From positions 2,472-66,471 of the forward strand of contig LJNT01000118.1 of NCBI GenBank assembly GCA_001314685.1: DNA of 64,000 nt, given 5' to 3'. Shown here in pieces: positions 16,597 to 24,271 of the stretch (position 1 is the stretch's first letter; every line of letters starts with the position of its first letter). A model generated the notes under the pieces. It was not told the DNA's origin, made no database searches, and was given only the letters and a program-made list of their open reading frames with translations. The position numbers were made by a program, and so were the translations under genes. Origin of the DNA: Rhodobacteraceae bacterium HLUCCA09 (GTDB lineage Bacteria; Pseudomonadota; Alphaproteobacteria; Rhodobacterales; Rhodobacteraceae).

Positions 16597-17952
16597 TCAG
16601 AGCAGGTGCCGCAGCGGCTCTTGCAGCCGGTCGGCGAGGCCCGAAAGCAGCGCCAGCGCCGCCTCCTCGGGCAGCGTGGCGTCGTGGGCGAGGTGCAGCG
16701 CCAGCGTGTCGCCGCGGCGGGTGATCGTCACCACCGGAACGGGCGCGGCGGCCGGTTTGATCCCTGTGAGCGCGGTGCCCGTCAGGTCGCGCAGGATCAG
16801 CTCGGGTCGGGCATCGCTTTCCGGCAGATCGGCCGAGACCGGCGCACGGTCGGGGTCGTTCCACGCGGTCGTGGTGCCGAGGGTGCCGGCGGCGACGGTG
16901 AGCGGGCCCGCGTGTTCGCGCGCCGCCCTCAGCGCCCCCGCCGCGAACGCGGCAAGGAGGCGCGGCGAAGAGGGCGCGGTGCCCTCTTCCTGCAGCCACG
17001 CGCGGAACGCGTCGAAGGCGGCGGCATCCACCTCTGCCGAGACGACGCCAACTGCGCCGGCGCCGGCCGCGGCTTGCGCCGGCGCGGCCTTGGGCAGGGC
17101 GCGCAGCGTCTCGAGGTCGGCCACGTGGAAGGGCGGCGCGTGGCCCGCCGCGACGAGATCGGCGAGGTCGAGCCCCTCCTCCGCCGCCAGCCTGCGCGCC
17201 CTGGGTGAGGCAAGGACGCGTCCGGCCGGCTTCGGCCCGGCGGCCGGGCGCGGTGTCGGCGGGGCCGTCCTGGCGGGTACGGGCGGCGGTGCCGGCTCGG
17301 CCCTTGCCGCCGGCGCGGCCTTCGGCGCCGGCGCCTCGGCCTGTGGCGCTGCCGCCATCGCCCGCCGGATCGGCGCCTCGGGCGCCTCGGCAGAGATCAC
17401 CGCGATGACCTGCCCCACCGGCACGTCGTCGCCCGCCTCGGCAAGGATCGCGGCGAGATAGCCCGCGCGGTCGGCCTCGACCTCCATCGTGGCCTTGTCG
17501 GTCTCGACCTCGAGCAGCGCGTCTCCCTCGGCCACGGCCTCGCCGGCCTCCTTGTGCCATGCCACCACGACGCCCGAATCCTGTGCCATGCCGAGCGCCG
17601 GCATGATCACCTCGTGCCCCTCGGGCACCGCCCCGGGCCCGCCCTGCGCCGGGCTCCCGGCGGGTGCCGGCCGCTCCGCGCCGGTCTCCACCGGCGCCGC
17701 TCCCGCGCGCTCCGCCGTCTCGGAGATGATCGCCACGATCTGCCCCACCGGCACGCTGTCGCCGGCCCCGGCCCGCACGTCGGCGAGATAGCCGTCATGG
17801 GCGGCCTCGACTTCCATCGTGGCCTTGTCGGTCTCCACCTCCATCAGCGCGTCGCCGGTCTTCACCGGGTCGCCCGGGTTCTTCAGCCACGAGACGATGA
17901 CGCCCGAATCCTGCGCCATGCCGAGGGCCGGCATGATCACCTCATGCGGCAT
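16597..17952 (-). CDS. Double-lipoyl scaffold protein: 2 lipoyl domains + subunit-binding domain + short degenerate E2-like C-terminal domain
   Basis: 451 aa. Two copies of EVIMPALGMAQDSGV...EVETDKATMEVEA. Ala/Pro linkers. PSBD LASPRARRLAAEEGLDL. C-terminal ~150 aa ends LAHDATLPEEAALALLSGL, aligned to DHRxxDG...FL. Confidence 0.8.
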   Translation of the reverse strand: MPHEVIMPALGMAQDSGVIVSWLKNPGDPVKTGDALMEVETDKATMEVEAAHDGYLADVRAGAGDSVPVGQIVAIISETAERAGAAPVETGAERPAPAGSPAQGGPGAVPEGHEVIMPALGMAQDSGVVVAWHKEAGEAVAEGDALLEVETDKATMEVEADRAGYLAAILAEAGDDVPVGQVIAVISAEAPEAPIRRAMAAAPQAEAPAPKAAPAARAEPAPPPVPARTAPPTPRPAAGPKPAGRVLASPRARRLAAEEGLDLADLVAAGHAPPFHVADLETLRALPKAAPAQAAAGAGAVGVVSAEVDAAAFDAFRAWLQEEGTAPSSPRLLAAFAAGALRAAREHAGPLTVAAGTLGTTTAWNDPDRAPVSADLPESDARPELILRDLTGTALTGIKPAAAPVPVVTITRRGDTLALHLAHDATLPEEAALALLSGLADRLQEPLRHLL

Positions 17953-18940
17953 CGGCCACCTCGCCCCTGACCGCGCGGCGCGCGGCCTTTGCCACCGCCT
18001 CGGGTGTCGGCACGGTCAGGTCCTCGAGCGCGGGGCTGAACGGCACGGGCACGTCCATCGCGCCCAGCCGCTGCACCGGGTAGTCGAGATGGTAGAACGC
18101 CTTCTCCGAGATGCGGCTGGCGATCTCGCCGGTGACGCCGAAATTGCGGTGCCCTTCGTCGATCACGATGGCGCGGGAGGTCTTCCTGACGCTCTCCACG
18201 ACGGTCGCTTCGTCGAAGGGCACCAGCGTGCGCGGGTCGATCACCTCGGCCGAGATGCCCTCGGCGGAAAGCGCCTCTGCCGCCTTCGCCGCCACCTGCA
18301 CCATCGACGACGTGGCGACGAGGGTAATGTCGCGCCCCTCGCGCAGGACGTTCGCCGCGCCGAAGGGGATCAGGTACTCCTCCTCCGGCACTGGCGCCTT
18401 GTCCTGGTACATCAGCTTGTCCTCGAAGATGACGACGGGGTTGTCGTCGCGGATCGCCGTCTTCATCAGCCCCTTCGCCTCGTAGGCCGACGACGGCATC
18501 GCCACCTTCAGCCCGGGGATGTGCGCCACCAGCGCGTGCAGCGACTGCGAGTGCTGCGCCGCCGAGCGCCGCGTCGCGCCCAGATTGGTGCGCAGCACCA
18601 TCGGCACGCTCAGCTTGCCTCCCGACATGTAGTGCTGCTTGGCCGCCTGGTTGCACAGCTGATCCATCACCAGATACAGGAAATCGCCGAACATCAGATC
18701 GACGATGGGCCGCGTGCCCGTCATCGCCGCGCCCACCGCCATGCCGACGAAGCCGGGCTCGGAGATCGGCGTGTCGATCACCCGCTCCGGCCCGAACTCG
18801 TCCACCAGACCGCTCAGCACCTTGAACGGCGTGCCCGCCTCGGCCACGTCCTCCCCGATCAGGAAGACCGACGGATCGCGCCGCATCTCCTCGGCGATGG
18901 CCTCGTTCACGGCCTTCGACAGCGTGATCTCGCGGGTCAT
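17942..18940 (-). CDS. acoB: TPP-dependent dehydrogenase E1 beta subunit (AcoB-like)
   Basis: 332 aa from MTREITLSKAVNEAIAEEMRRDPSVFLIGEDV. Transketolase-like pyrimidine-binding and C-terminal domains. 4-nt overlap with the E1 alpha gene. Confidence 0.88.
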   Translation of the reverse strand: MTREITLSKAVNEAIAEEMRRDPSVFLIGEDVAEAGTPFKVLSGLVDEFGPERVIDTPISEPGFVGMAVGAAMTGTRPIVDLMFGDFLYLVMDQLCNQAAKQHYMSGGKLSVPMVLRTNLGATRRSAAQHSQSLHALVAHIPGLKVAMPSSAYEAKGLMKTAIRDDNPVVIFEDKLMYQDKAPVPEEEYLIPFGAANVLREGRDITLVATSSMVQVAAKAAEALSAEGISAEVIDPRTLVPFDEATVVESVRKTSRAIVIDEGHRNFGVTGEIASRISEKAFYHLDYPVQRLGAMDVPVPFSPALEDLTVPTPEAVAKAARRAVRGEVADAA

Positions 18941-20025
18941 GCCCCGGCTCCCTTCGCGTATCCGTCGATGTAGGGCAGGGCGTGGTCGACCCCTGCGAAG
19001 ACGTGCATGTCCACCTCGCCCGCCTCGGGGTAGCTGGCGTTCAGAGCGTAGGCGACGGCCGCCTCGGCCTCCGCCCTGATCTCGTCGCCGATCGCCACGA
19101 GGTCGTCCGCCGACAGGATCCCCTCCGCCTCCAGCCACTTGCCGAAATTCACGATCGGGTCGCGCCGCTCCTTCCACTCCGCTTCCTCGTCCTTCGAGCG
19201 GTAGTAGTCGCGGTTGATGTCGCCCACGTGGTGGCCGTGGTAGCGGTAGGTATCGAGCTCCACGAAGAACGGCCCTTCGCCGTGGCGCGCACGCTCAACC
19301 AGTCGCTGCGCCAGCTCGTTCACCGCCAGCACCTCCTGCCCGTCGACCCTGTGCGCCTCGATCCCGAACGCCTCAGCGCGCGCGGTCAGCGAGCCGGCGG
19401 CGATCTCGTCGGTCCGGGTATACTCGGAATAGCCATTGTTCTCGCAGGCATAGATGACCGGCAGCTTCCACAGAGCGGCCATGTTCATCACCTCGTACCA
19501 CAGCCCCTGCGCCGTCGCCCCGTCGCCGAAGAAGCACACGGTGACGAAATCGCTCCCCTGCAGCTTCGCGCTCAGCGCCGCCCCCGTGGCGATCCCCATC
19601 GACCCGCCCACGATGGCGTTGGCGCCGAGGTTGCCGTGGGCCTGGTCGGCGATGTGCATCGAGCCGCCCTTGCCCCGGCAATAGCCCTCCTCGCGGCCGA
19701 GCAGCTCGCAGAACATCTGCCGGAACTCGGCCCCCTTCGCCACGCAATGCCCGTGGCCGCGATGGGTCGAGGTGATGCGGTCCTCGTCGGTCAGCGCCTC
19801 GCAGATGCCGACGGCCACCGCCTCCTGCCCCGAATACATGTGCGTCAGCCCCGGCATCTTCGCCGAGAGATAGAGCTGGTTCGCCTGGTCCTCGAAGGCG
19901 CGGATCTTCACCATCTGCCGGTACATCCGCAGATAGTCCTCCGTGTTCGCCTTCGCGGCCTTCGCGGCGCCCCCCTCCTTGCCGGAGCGGCTCCCGCCCG
20001 TCTTCTTCGCAGCCTGCGCGGCCAT
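18937..20025 (-). CDS. acoA: TPP-dependent dehydrogenase E1 alpha subunit (AcoA-like)
   Basis: 362 aa from MAAQAAKK. Blocks HMYSGQEAVAVG, STHRGHGHCVAKG, TPP motif GDGATAQG...ENNGY. Confidence 0.88.
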   Translation of the reverse strand: MAAQAAKKTGGSRSGKEGGAAKAAKANTEDYLRMYRQMVKIRAFEDQANQLYLSAKMPGLTHMYSGQEAVAVGICEALTDEDRITSTHRGHGHCVAKGAEFRQMFCELLGREEGYCRGKGGSMHIADQAHGNLGANAIVGGSMGIATGAALSAKLQGSDFVTVCFFGDGATAQGLWYEVMNMAALWKLPVIYACENNGYSEYTRTDEIAAGSLTARAEAFGIEAHRVDGQEVLAVNELAQRLVERARHGEGPFFVELDTYRYHGHHVGDINRDYYRSKDEEAEWKERRDPIVNFGKWLEAEGILSADDLVAIGDEIRAEAEAAVAYALNASYPEAGEVDMHVFAGVDHALPYIDGYAKGAGA

Positions 20026-20060
20026 CGCGCCCTCCCTCGGGAGCGGCGCGCGCCGCCCCC

Positions 20061-20118
20061 GTCTTCTTCTTGCGTCAAATATCCCCGCCGGAGGCATCGC
20101 CCCCGGCACGGGGGCGAT
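20061..20118 (-). repeat. Dispersed repeat copy B (GTCTTCTTCTTGCGTCAAATATCCCC) plus adjacent perfect hairpin ATCGCCCCCG-GCA-CGGGGGCGAT
   Basis: Read in the 92-bp spacer between the M24 gene stop (20118) and the acoA start (20025). Nearly identical core and layout at 55002-55052. Confidence 0.75.
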
Positions 20119-21416
20119 CAGTAGCGGTTGGCGATCGGCAACTCCTCGGCCGGGAACAGCGAGATCACCTCGCAGCCCGTATCCGTCACCACGACCTCCT
20201 CCTCGATCCGGGCGGCCGAATAGCCGTCCTTGGCCGGGCAGTAGGTCTCCAGCGCGAAGACCATGCCGGTCTCGATCTCCATCGGGTTGTCGAGCGACAC
20301 CGCGCGGGAGATGATCGGACGCTCGTGCAGCGCCAGCCCCAGGCCGTGGCCGAACTGAAGGCCGAAGGCCGACAATTCGTCGGGGAAGCCGAGGGATTCG
20401 GCCGTGGGCCACAGCTTGGCCACCTTGTCTGTCGTCACGCCCGGCTTGATCGCCGCGATGGCGTCGTCGAGCCACTCGCGCGCGCGGACGTAGGCATCGT
20501 TCTGCTCCGGCGTCGCGCGGCCGATGTTGAACGTGCGGTAGTAGCACGTCCGGTAGCCCTGGTAGGATTGCAGGATGTCGAAGAACGCCTGGTCGCCGGG
20601 GCGGAAGTAGCGGTCGGTGAAGTTGTGCGGGTGCGGGTTGCAGCGCTCGCCCGAGATGGCGTTGATGGCCTCGACGTCGTCGGACCCCATCTCGTAGAGC
20701 ATCTTGTTCGACAGCGCGACGATGTCGTTTTCGCGGATGCCCGGCTTCAGCTCCTCGTAGATCATGTGGTAGACGCCGTCGACCATGCTGGCCGCCTGCG
20801 TCAGCAGCTGGATCTCGTCGACGTTCTTGATCTCGCGGGCCGACAGCATGATCTGCTGGCCGTCGACCACCTTGATGCCGGCCTCCTGCAGGGCGAAGAA
20901 CATCGCCGTCTCGGCGTAGTCGACGCCCACGGGCATGTCCGCCACGCCCGCCTCGCGCAGCAGCGCCGCGATTTCCTCGGCATAGTGCTTCATCAGCCCG
21001 AAGGAGGGCGGGATCGTGCCGCGCATGCCGACGACGCCGGCGCGGCAATGCTCGGGGTCGAGCCAGTCGGCGTATTTCCTGTGGTGGACGGCGGCCGAGC
21101 CGAAATCCCACACGTAAGGCTCGGCGTCGCCGGCGAGCAGCGCGAAGCGGCACATCTTGTCGCGCTCCCACTCGCCGATCTTGGTGCCGCTGACGTAGCG
21201 GATGTTGTTGACGTCGAAGAGCAGGAGCGCGCCGCACTCCGAGCCCTTGAGCGCCTGCTTGGCGCGGCTGAGGCGGTAGCGGCGCAGGCGGTCGTGGTCC
21301 ACCCGGCGCTCGAAATCGACCGACGTGTGGCCCCAGGCGGGCAGCCGCCCTTCCCAGCGCCAGTTGGGGTCGAGGTCGGCGGGCTGCAGGATGCGGGGGT
21401 TCAGGGCCTGGTTCAT
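20118..21416 (-). CDS. M24-family metallohydrolase with creatinase-type N-domain (creatinase/DddP/DoeA-like); substrate unknown
   Basis: 432 aa from MNQALNPRIL. Pita-bread metal-ligand pattern (FFDILQ...D, HGLGLALHE, ALETY, RIEEEVVVT). Overall architecture as in DddP/creatinase. Confidence 0.75.
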   Translation of the reverse strand: MNQALNPRILQPADLDPNWRWEGRLPAWGHTSVDFERRVDHDRLRRYRLSRAKQALKGSECGALLLFDVNNIRYVSGTKIGEWERDKMCRFALLAGDAEPYVWDFGSAAVHHRKYADWLDPEHCRAGVVGMRGTIPPSFGLMKHYAEEIAALLREAGVADMPVGVDYAETAMFFALQEAGIKVVDGQQIMLSAREIKNVDEIQLLTQAASMVDGVYHMIYEELKPGIRENDIVALSNKMLYEMGSDDVEAINAISGERCNPHPHNFTDRYFRPGDQAFFDILQSYQGYRTCYYRTFNIGRATPEQNDAYVRAREWLDDAIAAIKPGVTTDKVAKLWPTAESLGFPDELSAFGLQFGHGLGLALHERPIISRAVSLDNPMEIETGMVFALETYCPAKDGYSAARIEEEVVVTDTGCEVISLFPAEELPIANRY

Positions 21417-21434
21417 GGGGTCGTCCTCCCGTGA

Positions 21435-21517
21435 GGCGTAGGGTGCATGCTCGTCACGCACCTTGGGTTGGTCGGTCGGCGGCGCGGACGGTGCGTGCAG
21501 AGCACGCACCCTACGCC
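21435..21517 (-). other. Structured intergenic element: two near-duplicate hairpins enclosed by a 7-bp outer stem
   Basis: Minus-strand RNA: GGCGUAG-[GGUGCGUGC UCU GCACGCACC]-27 nt-[GGUGCGUG ACGAG CAUGCACC]-CUACGCC. The RBS GGGAGGA and ATG 21416 follow. Confidence 0.6.
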
Positions 21518-21534
21518 CGCTACGCCCGCGGTCG

Positions 21535-22341
21535 TCACTGGATGCACCAGCCGCCGTCGATGTGGATCATCTGGCCCGTCATGTAGTCGCTGTCGGGCGA
21601 GGCGAGGAACGCGGCCGTGCCCTTCACGTCGTCGGGGTAGGAGACGCGCTTGATCTGCAGCGCGTCGCGCACGATGTCCTCGTAGGCCTGCCCCTCGCGC
21701 TCCTTGAAGCCGATGTCGATCAGGTCCTTGTCGAGCTGTTCCCAGAGCGGCGTGACCACGACGCCCGGCGCGTAGCCGTTGACCGTGATGCCGTGCTCGG
21801 ACAGCGCCACGGCGCCGCAATGGGTCAGCGCGAGGCAGCCGTATTTCGAGGTGCAGTAGACCGTCACGTCGACCAGCGGCTTGCGGCTGGCGATGGAACC
21901 GACGTTGATGATCTTGTAGGGATAGTCGCGTTTGCCCTGGGCGATCATCTGGCGTGCGGTCTCCTGCATTCCGAGCCACATCGCCTTTGTGTTGACGTTC
22001 ATGATCATGTCCCAGTTGTCTTCGTCGATATCCATGAAGAACCGGGGCTTGTTCAGGCCGGCGTTGAACAGTCCGACGTTGATCTCGCCGAAGGCGTCGA
22101 CGGTGGCGGCGACGGCGGCGGCGTTGTCCTCTCGCCTGGTGACGTCCATCTTCACGGCGATGGCGCGGCCGTTTCCCTTTGCGTTGATCGTCTCGGCCAC
22201 GGCGTGCGCCTCGGCCTCGTCGATGTCGCCGATGCACACGTTCGCGCCCTGCTCGGCAAAGTGCTCGGCGTTCTTGGCGCCCATGCCCTTGGCGGCGCCG
22301 GTGATCAGGATGTTCTTGCCCTTCAGGCGGTTGGGGTCCAT
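21535..22341 (-). CDS. SDR-family oxidoreductase, acetoin reductase/2,3-butanediol dehydrogenase (BudC)-like
   Basis: 268 aa. ITGAAKGMG, catalytic S...YCTSK, C-terminal FLASPDSDYMTGQMIHIDGG. Confidence 0.85.
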   Translation of the reverse strand: MDPNRLKGKNILITGAAKGMGAKNAEHFAEQGANVCIGDIDEAEAHAVAETINAKGNGRAIAVKMDVTRREDNAAAVAATVDAFGEINVGLFNAGLNKPRFFMDIDEDNWDMIMNVNTKAMWLGMQETARQMIAQGKRDYPYKIINVGSIASRKPLVDVTVYCTSKYGCLALTHCGAVALSEHGITVNGYAPGVVVTPLWEQLDKDLIDIGFKEREGQAYEDIVRDALQIKRVSYPDDVKGTAAFLASPDSDYMTGQMIHIDGGWCIQ

Positions 22342-22367
22342 GTCGCTCCTCCCTTGATGCCGCGTTC

Positions 22368-24122
22368 TCAGAACAGCGCGTCGGCCCGGGACTGGGCCTT
22401 GCGCAGCGTGTCGCGCGGGGAGTGCAGGCCCCGCAGCATGTCGTGGAATTCCTCCCCGCAGATGCGGATGATCTCGGTGATCTGCGGCACCGGCGGCCGC
22501 GGCCAGAATTGCAGCTCGTCGCGCCACGACATCGCCTCGACCGCCTCGAAGATCGGCGAGATGCGGCGCACCTCGGGGTCGGCGCCGACCGAGTAGCGCG
22601 GGTTGGTGCGGCTGCCGTTCTGCACGAAGAGCTTCTGCGCCTCGGGCGAGGTGAAGACGGCGAGCGCCTCTGCCGCCGCCGCGCGCCGCTCGGGCGCGAG
22701 ATTGGCGGGCAGGCCGAGCGCGTAGCCACCGACCGGCGCGACCGGCGTTCCGCCCGGCCCCGGGGGATGCGGCAGGAAGCCGGTCTGCCCGCAGGCGGGT
22801 GAGGCGGGATCGAGCTCGAAATACGGCGCGAGCAGGGTATAGCCGTAGGCCATGGCGACCGAGCCCGCCGCGTAGGGGCGGATACGCTCGTACCACGACA
22901 TCGACAGGATGTCGGGCGGCGAGTAGGCGAGCAGCTCGAGCAGGAACTCGGCCGCGGCGAGGCCGGCGTCGGTGTCGATCGTCGGGCGGTGGTCGCCGCT
23001 CGCCAGGTCGGCGCAGTCGTAGCCGCCGGCGATGGCCGGCAGGTCGAGCACGGGCTGGCCGAAATCGGCGAGCGTCATCAGCACGGTATGGCCCAGCGCG
23101 GTGCCGCGGGCGGCGTTCCACGCGATTCCGTGAACGCCGCGCACCGGGTCGTGCAGGGCGCGGGCGGCGGCGAGCAGCGCGTCGGTTGTGGCGGGCGGCT
23201 CGAGCCCCGCCTGGGCGAACATGTCCTTGCGGTAGAACAGCAGCTCGGGCGTGGTCTGCGCGGGCACGCCGTAGGGGTGCCCGCCCCAGTGGGTGGCCTG
23301 CCAGCCCGCGGTGTGGAAATCGGCCGGGTCGAGGCGGGCGACGTCGATCACCTCGTCGAGCGGCAGGAGCACGCCCTTCTCCACGAACTCGCCCAGCCAC
23401 GGCAGGTCGACCGCGACGATGTCGTAGCGGCTGGCGGTGCGTTCGGCGTTGCGCAGCGCCTCGTCGCGCAGCCGGTCGATGGAAAAGGCGCGCTGGTGGA
23501 TCGACAGGCCGATGGACTGCTCGAACTGGCGCTTGAGGTTGTCCATGACCATGAAGGTCGGGTCGCCATGGGCGAGCACGCGCAGGCCGCCCGCCAGCCG
23601 CAGCGGATCGGGGCGCACCTGCAGCGGCGGCAGCGACTGGGCCGTGCGGTAGGAGCCACCGTAATAGTAGTCTTCGGTGGCGGGGTCGTTCTTGGGGGTG
23701 CCGAGGCGCGTGTCGGTCAGGCGGCGGACACGGTCGGCCAGTTGGGTCCAGGCGTCGAGCAGGTCGGGGCTGGGGTGCAGCGAGAAGGACTTGCCCGAGG
23801 GCGTGCGGGGGCGTTGCTCGATCAGGCCGGCATCGACCATGGCGCGCAGTCGGCGGGTCGCGGTGGCGTAGGGCACGCGGCTGGCGCCGATCAGAGATGT
23901 AGGCGTGACGGTGCGCCCCTCGAAATGGTTGCGCAAAAGGGTGAGGGCCATGCGCAGATGCGCGTCGGTCTGGATCAGGTCGATGGTGCCCTCGACCTCT
24001 TCGCAGAGCTCGTCGAGGAAGCCGATCAGGCGCAGGGCGTCGCCCGGGGCCACAGACGGCGCGATGGGCGACGCGACGGGGGTCGCGGCGGCGCGTGCGT
24101 CTGAAAGGCCCATCTTGTTCAT
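22368..24122 (-). CDS. Fusion regulator: N-terminal winged-helix DNA-binding domain + family-1 extracellular-solute-binding-protein fold, no signal peptide
   Basis: wHTH block VTPTSLIGASRVPYATATRRLRAMVDAGLIEQRP. The remaining ~430 aa has an SBP_bac_1-like pattern (RYDIVAVDLPWLGEF..., YGVPAQTTPELLFYRKDMF). Start uncertain: ATG 24122, 24113 or 24200. Confidence 0.7.
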   Translation of the reverse strand: MNKMGLSDARAAATPVASPIAPSVAPGDALRLIGFLDELCEEVEGTIDLIQTDAHLRMALTLLRNHFEGRTVTPTSLIGASRVPYATATRRLRAMVDAGLIEQRPRTPSGKSFSLHPSPDLLDAWTQLADRVRRLTDTRLGTPKNDPATEDYYYGGSYRTAQSLPPLQVRPDPLRLAGGLRVLAHGDPTFMVMDNLKRQFEQSIGLSIHQRAFSIDRLRDEALRNAERTASRYDIVAVDLPWLGEFVEKGVLLPLDEVIDVARLDPADFHTAGWQATHWGGHPYGVPAQTTPELLFYRKDMFAQAGLEPPATTDALLAAARALHDPVRGVHGIAWNAARGTALGHTVLMTLADFGQPVLDLPAIAGGYDCADLASGDHRPTIDTDAGLAAAEFLLELLAYSPPDILSMSWYERIRPYAAGSVAMAYGYTLLAPYFELDPASPACGQTGFLPHPPGPGGTPVAPVGGYALGLPANLAPERRAAAAEALAVFTSPEAQKLFVQNGSRTNPRYSVGADPEVRRISPIFEAVEAMSWRDELQFWPRPPVPQITEIIRICGEEFHDMLRGLHSPRDTLRKAQSRADALF

Positions 24123-24243
24123 TCCAAAGGTCGTCCTGTGCGGTCGGGTCGCGGAGGCACCCGACGATTCGCTCGTTCTGGATGTTTTCGGTCGGGTCAT
24201 TCGCGGCGCCTCGCAGCATGTTCATTTCGGTCACCGGGTGATA

Positions 24244-24271
24244 TTGGCCGTGTATCCATATTGGATATAAT
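24244..24271 (+). promoter_or_regulatory. Candidate sigma70 promoter (TTGGCC-16 bp-TATAAT) overlapped by palindrome TATCCA-TAT-TGGATA
   Basis: -35 at 24244-24249, -10 at 24266-24271, palindrome at 24253-24267. Lies in the 296-bp divergent control region. Confidence 0.5.

Noticed and set aside
20118-21416. Calling the M24 gene the DMSP lyase dddP
   Set aside because: The architecture matches, but by-eye identity to remembered DddP sequences is low and the context is unrelated to DMSP. It is kept as a generic creatinase/DddP/DoeA-like M24 hydrolase.
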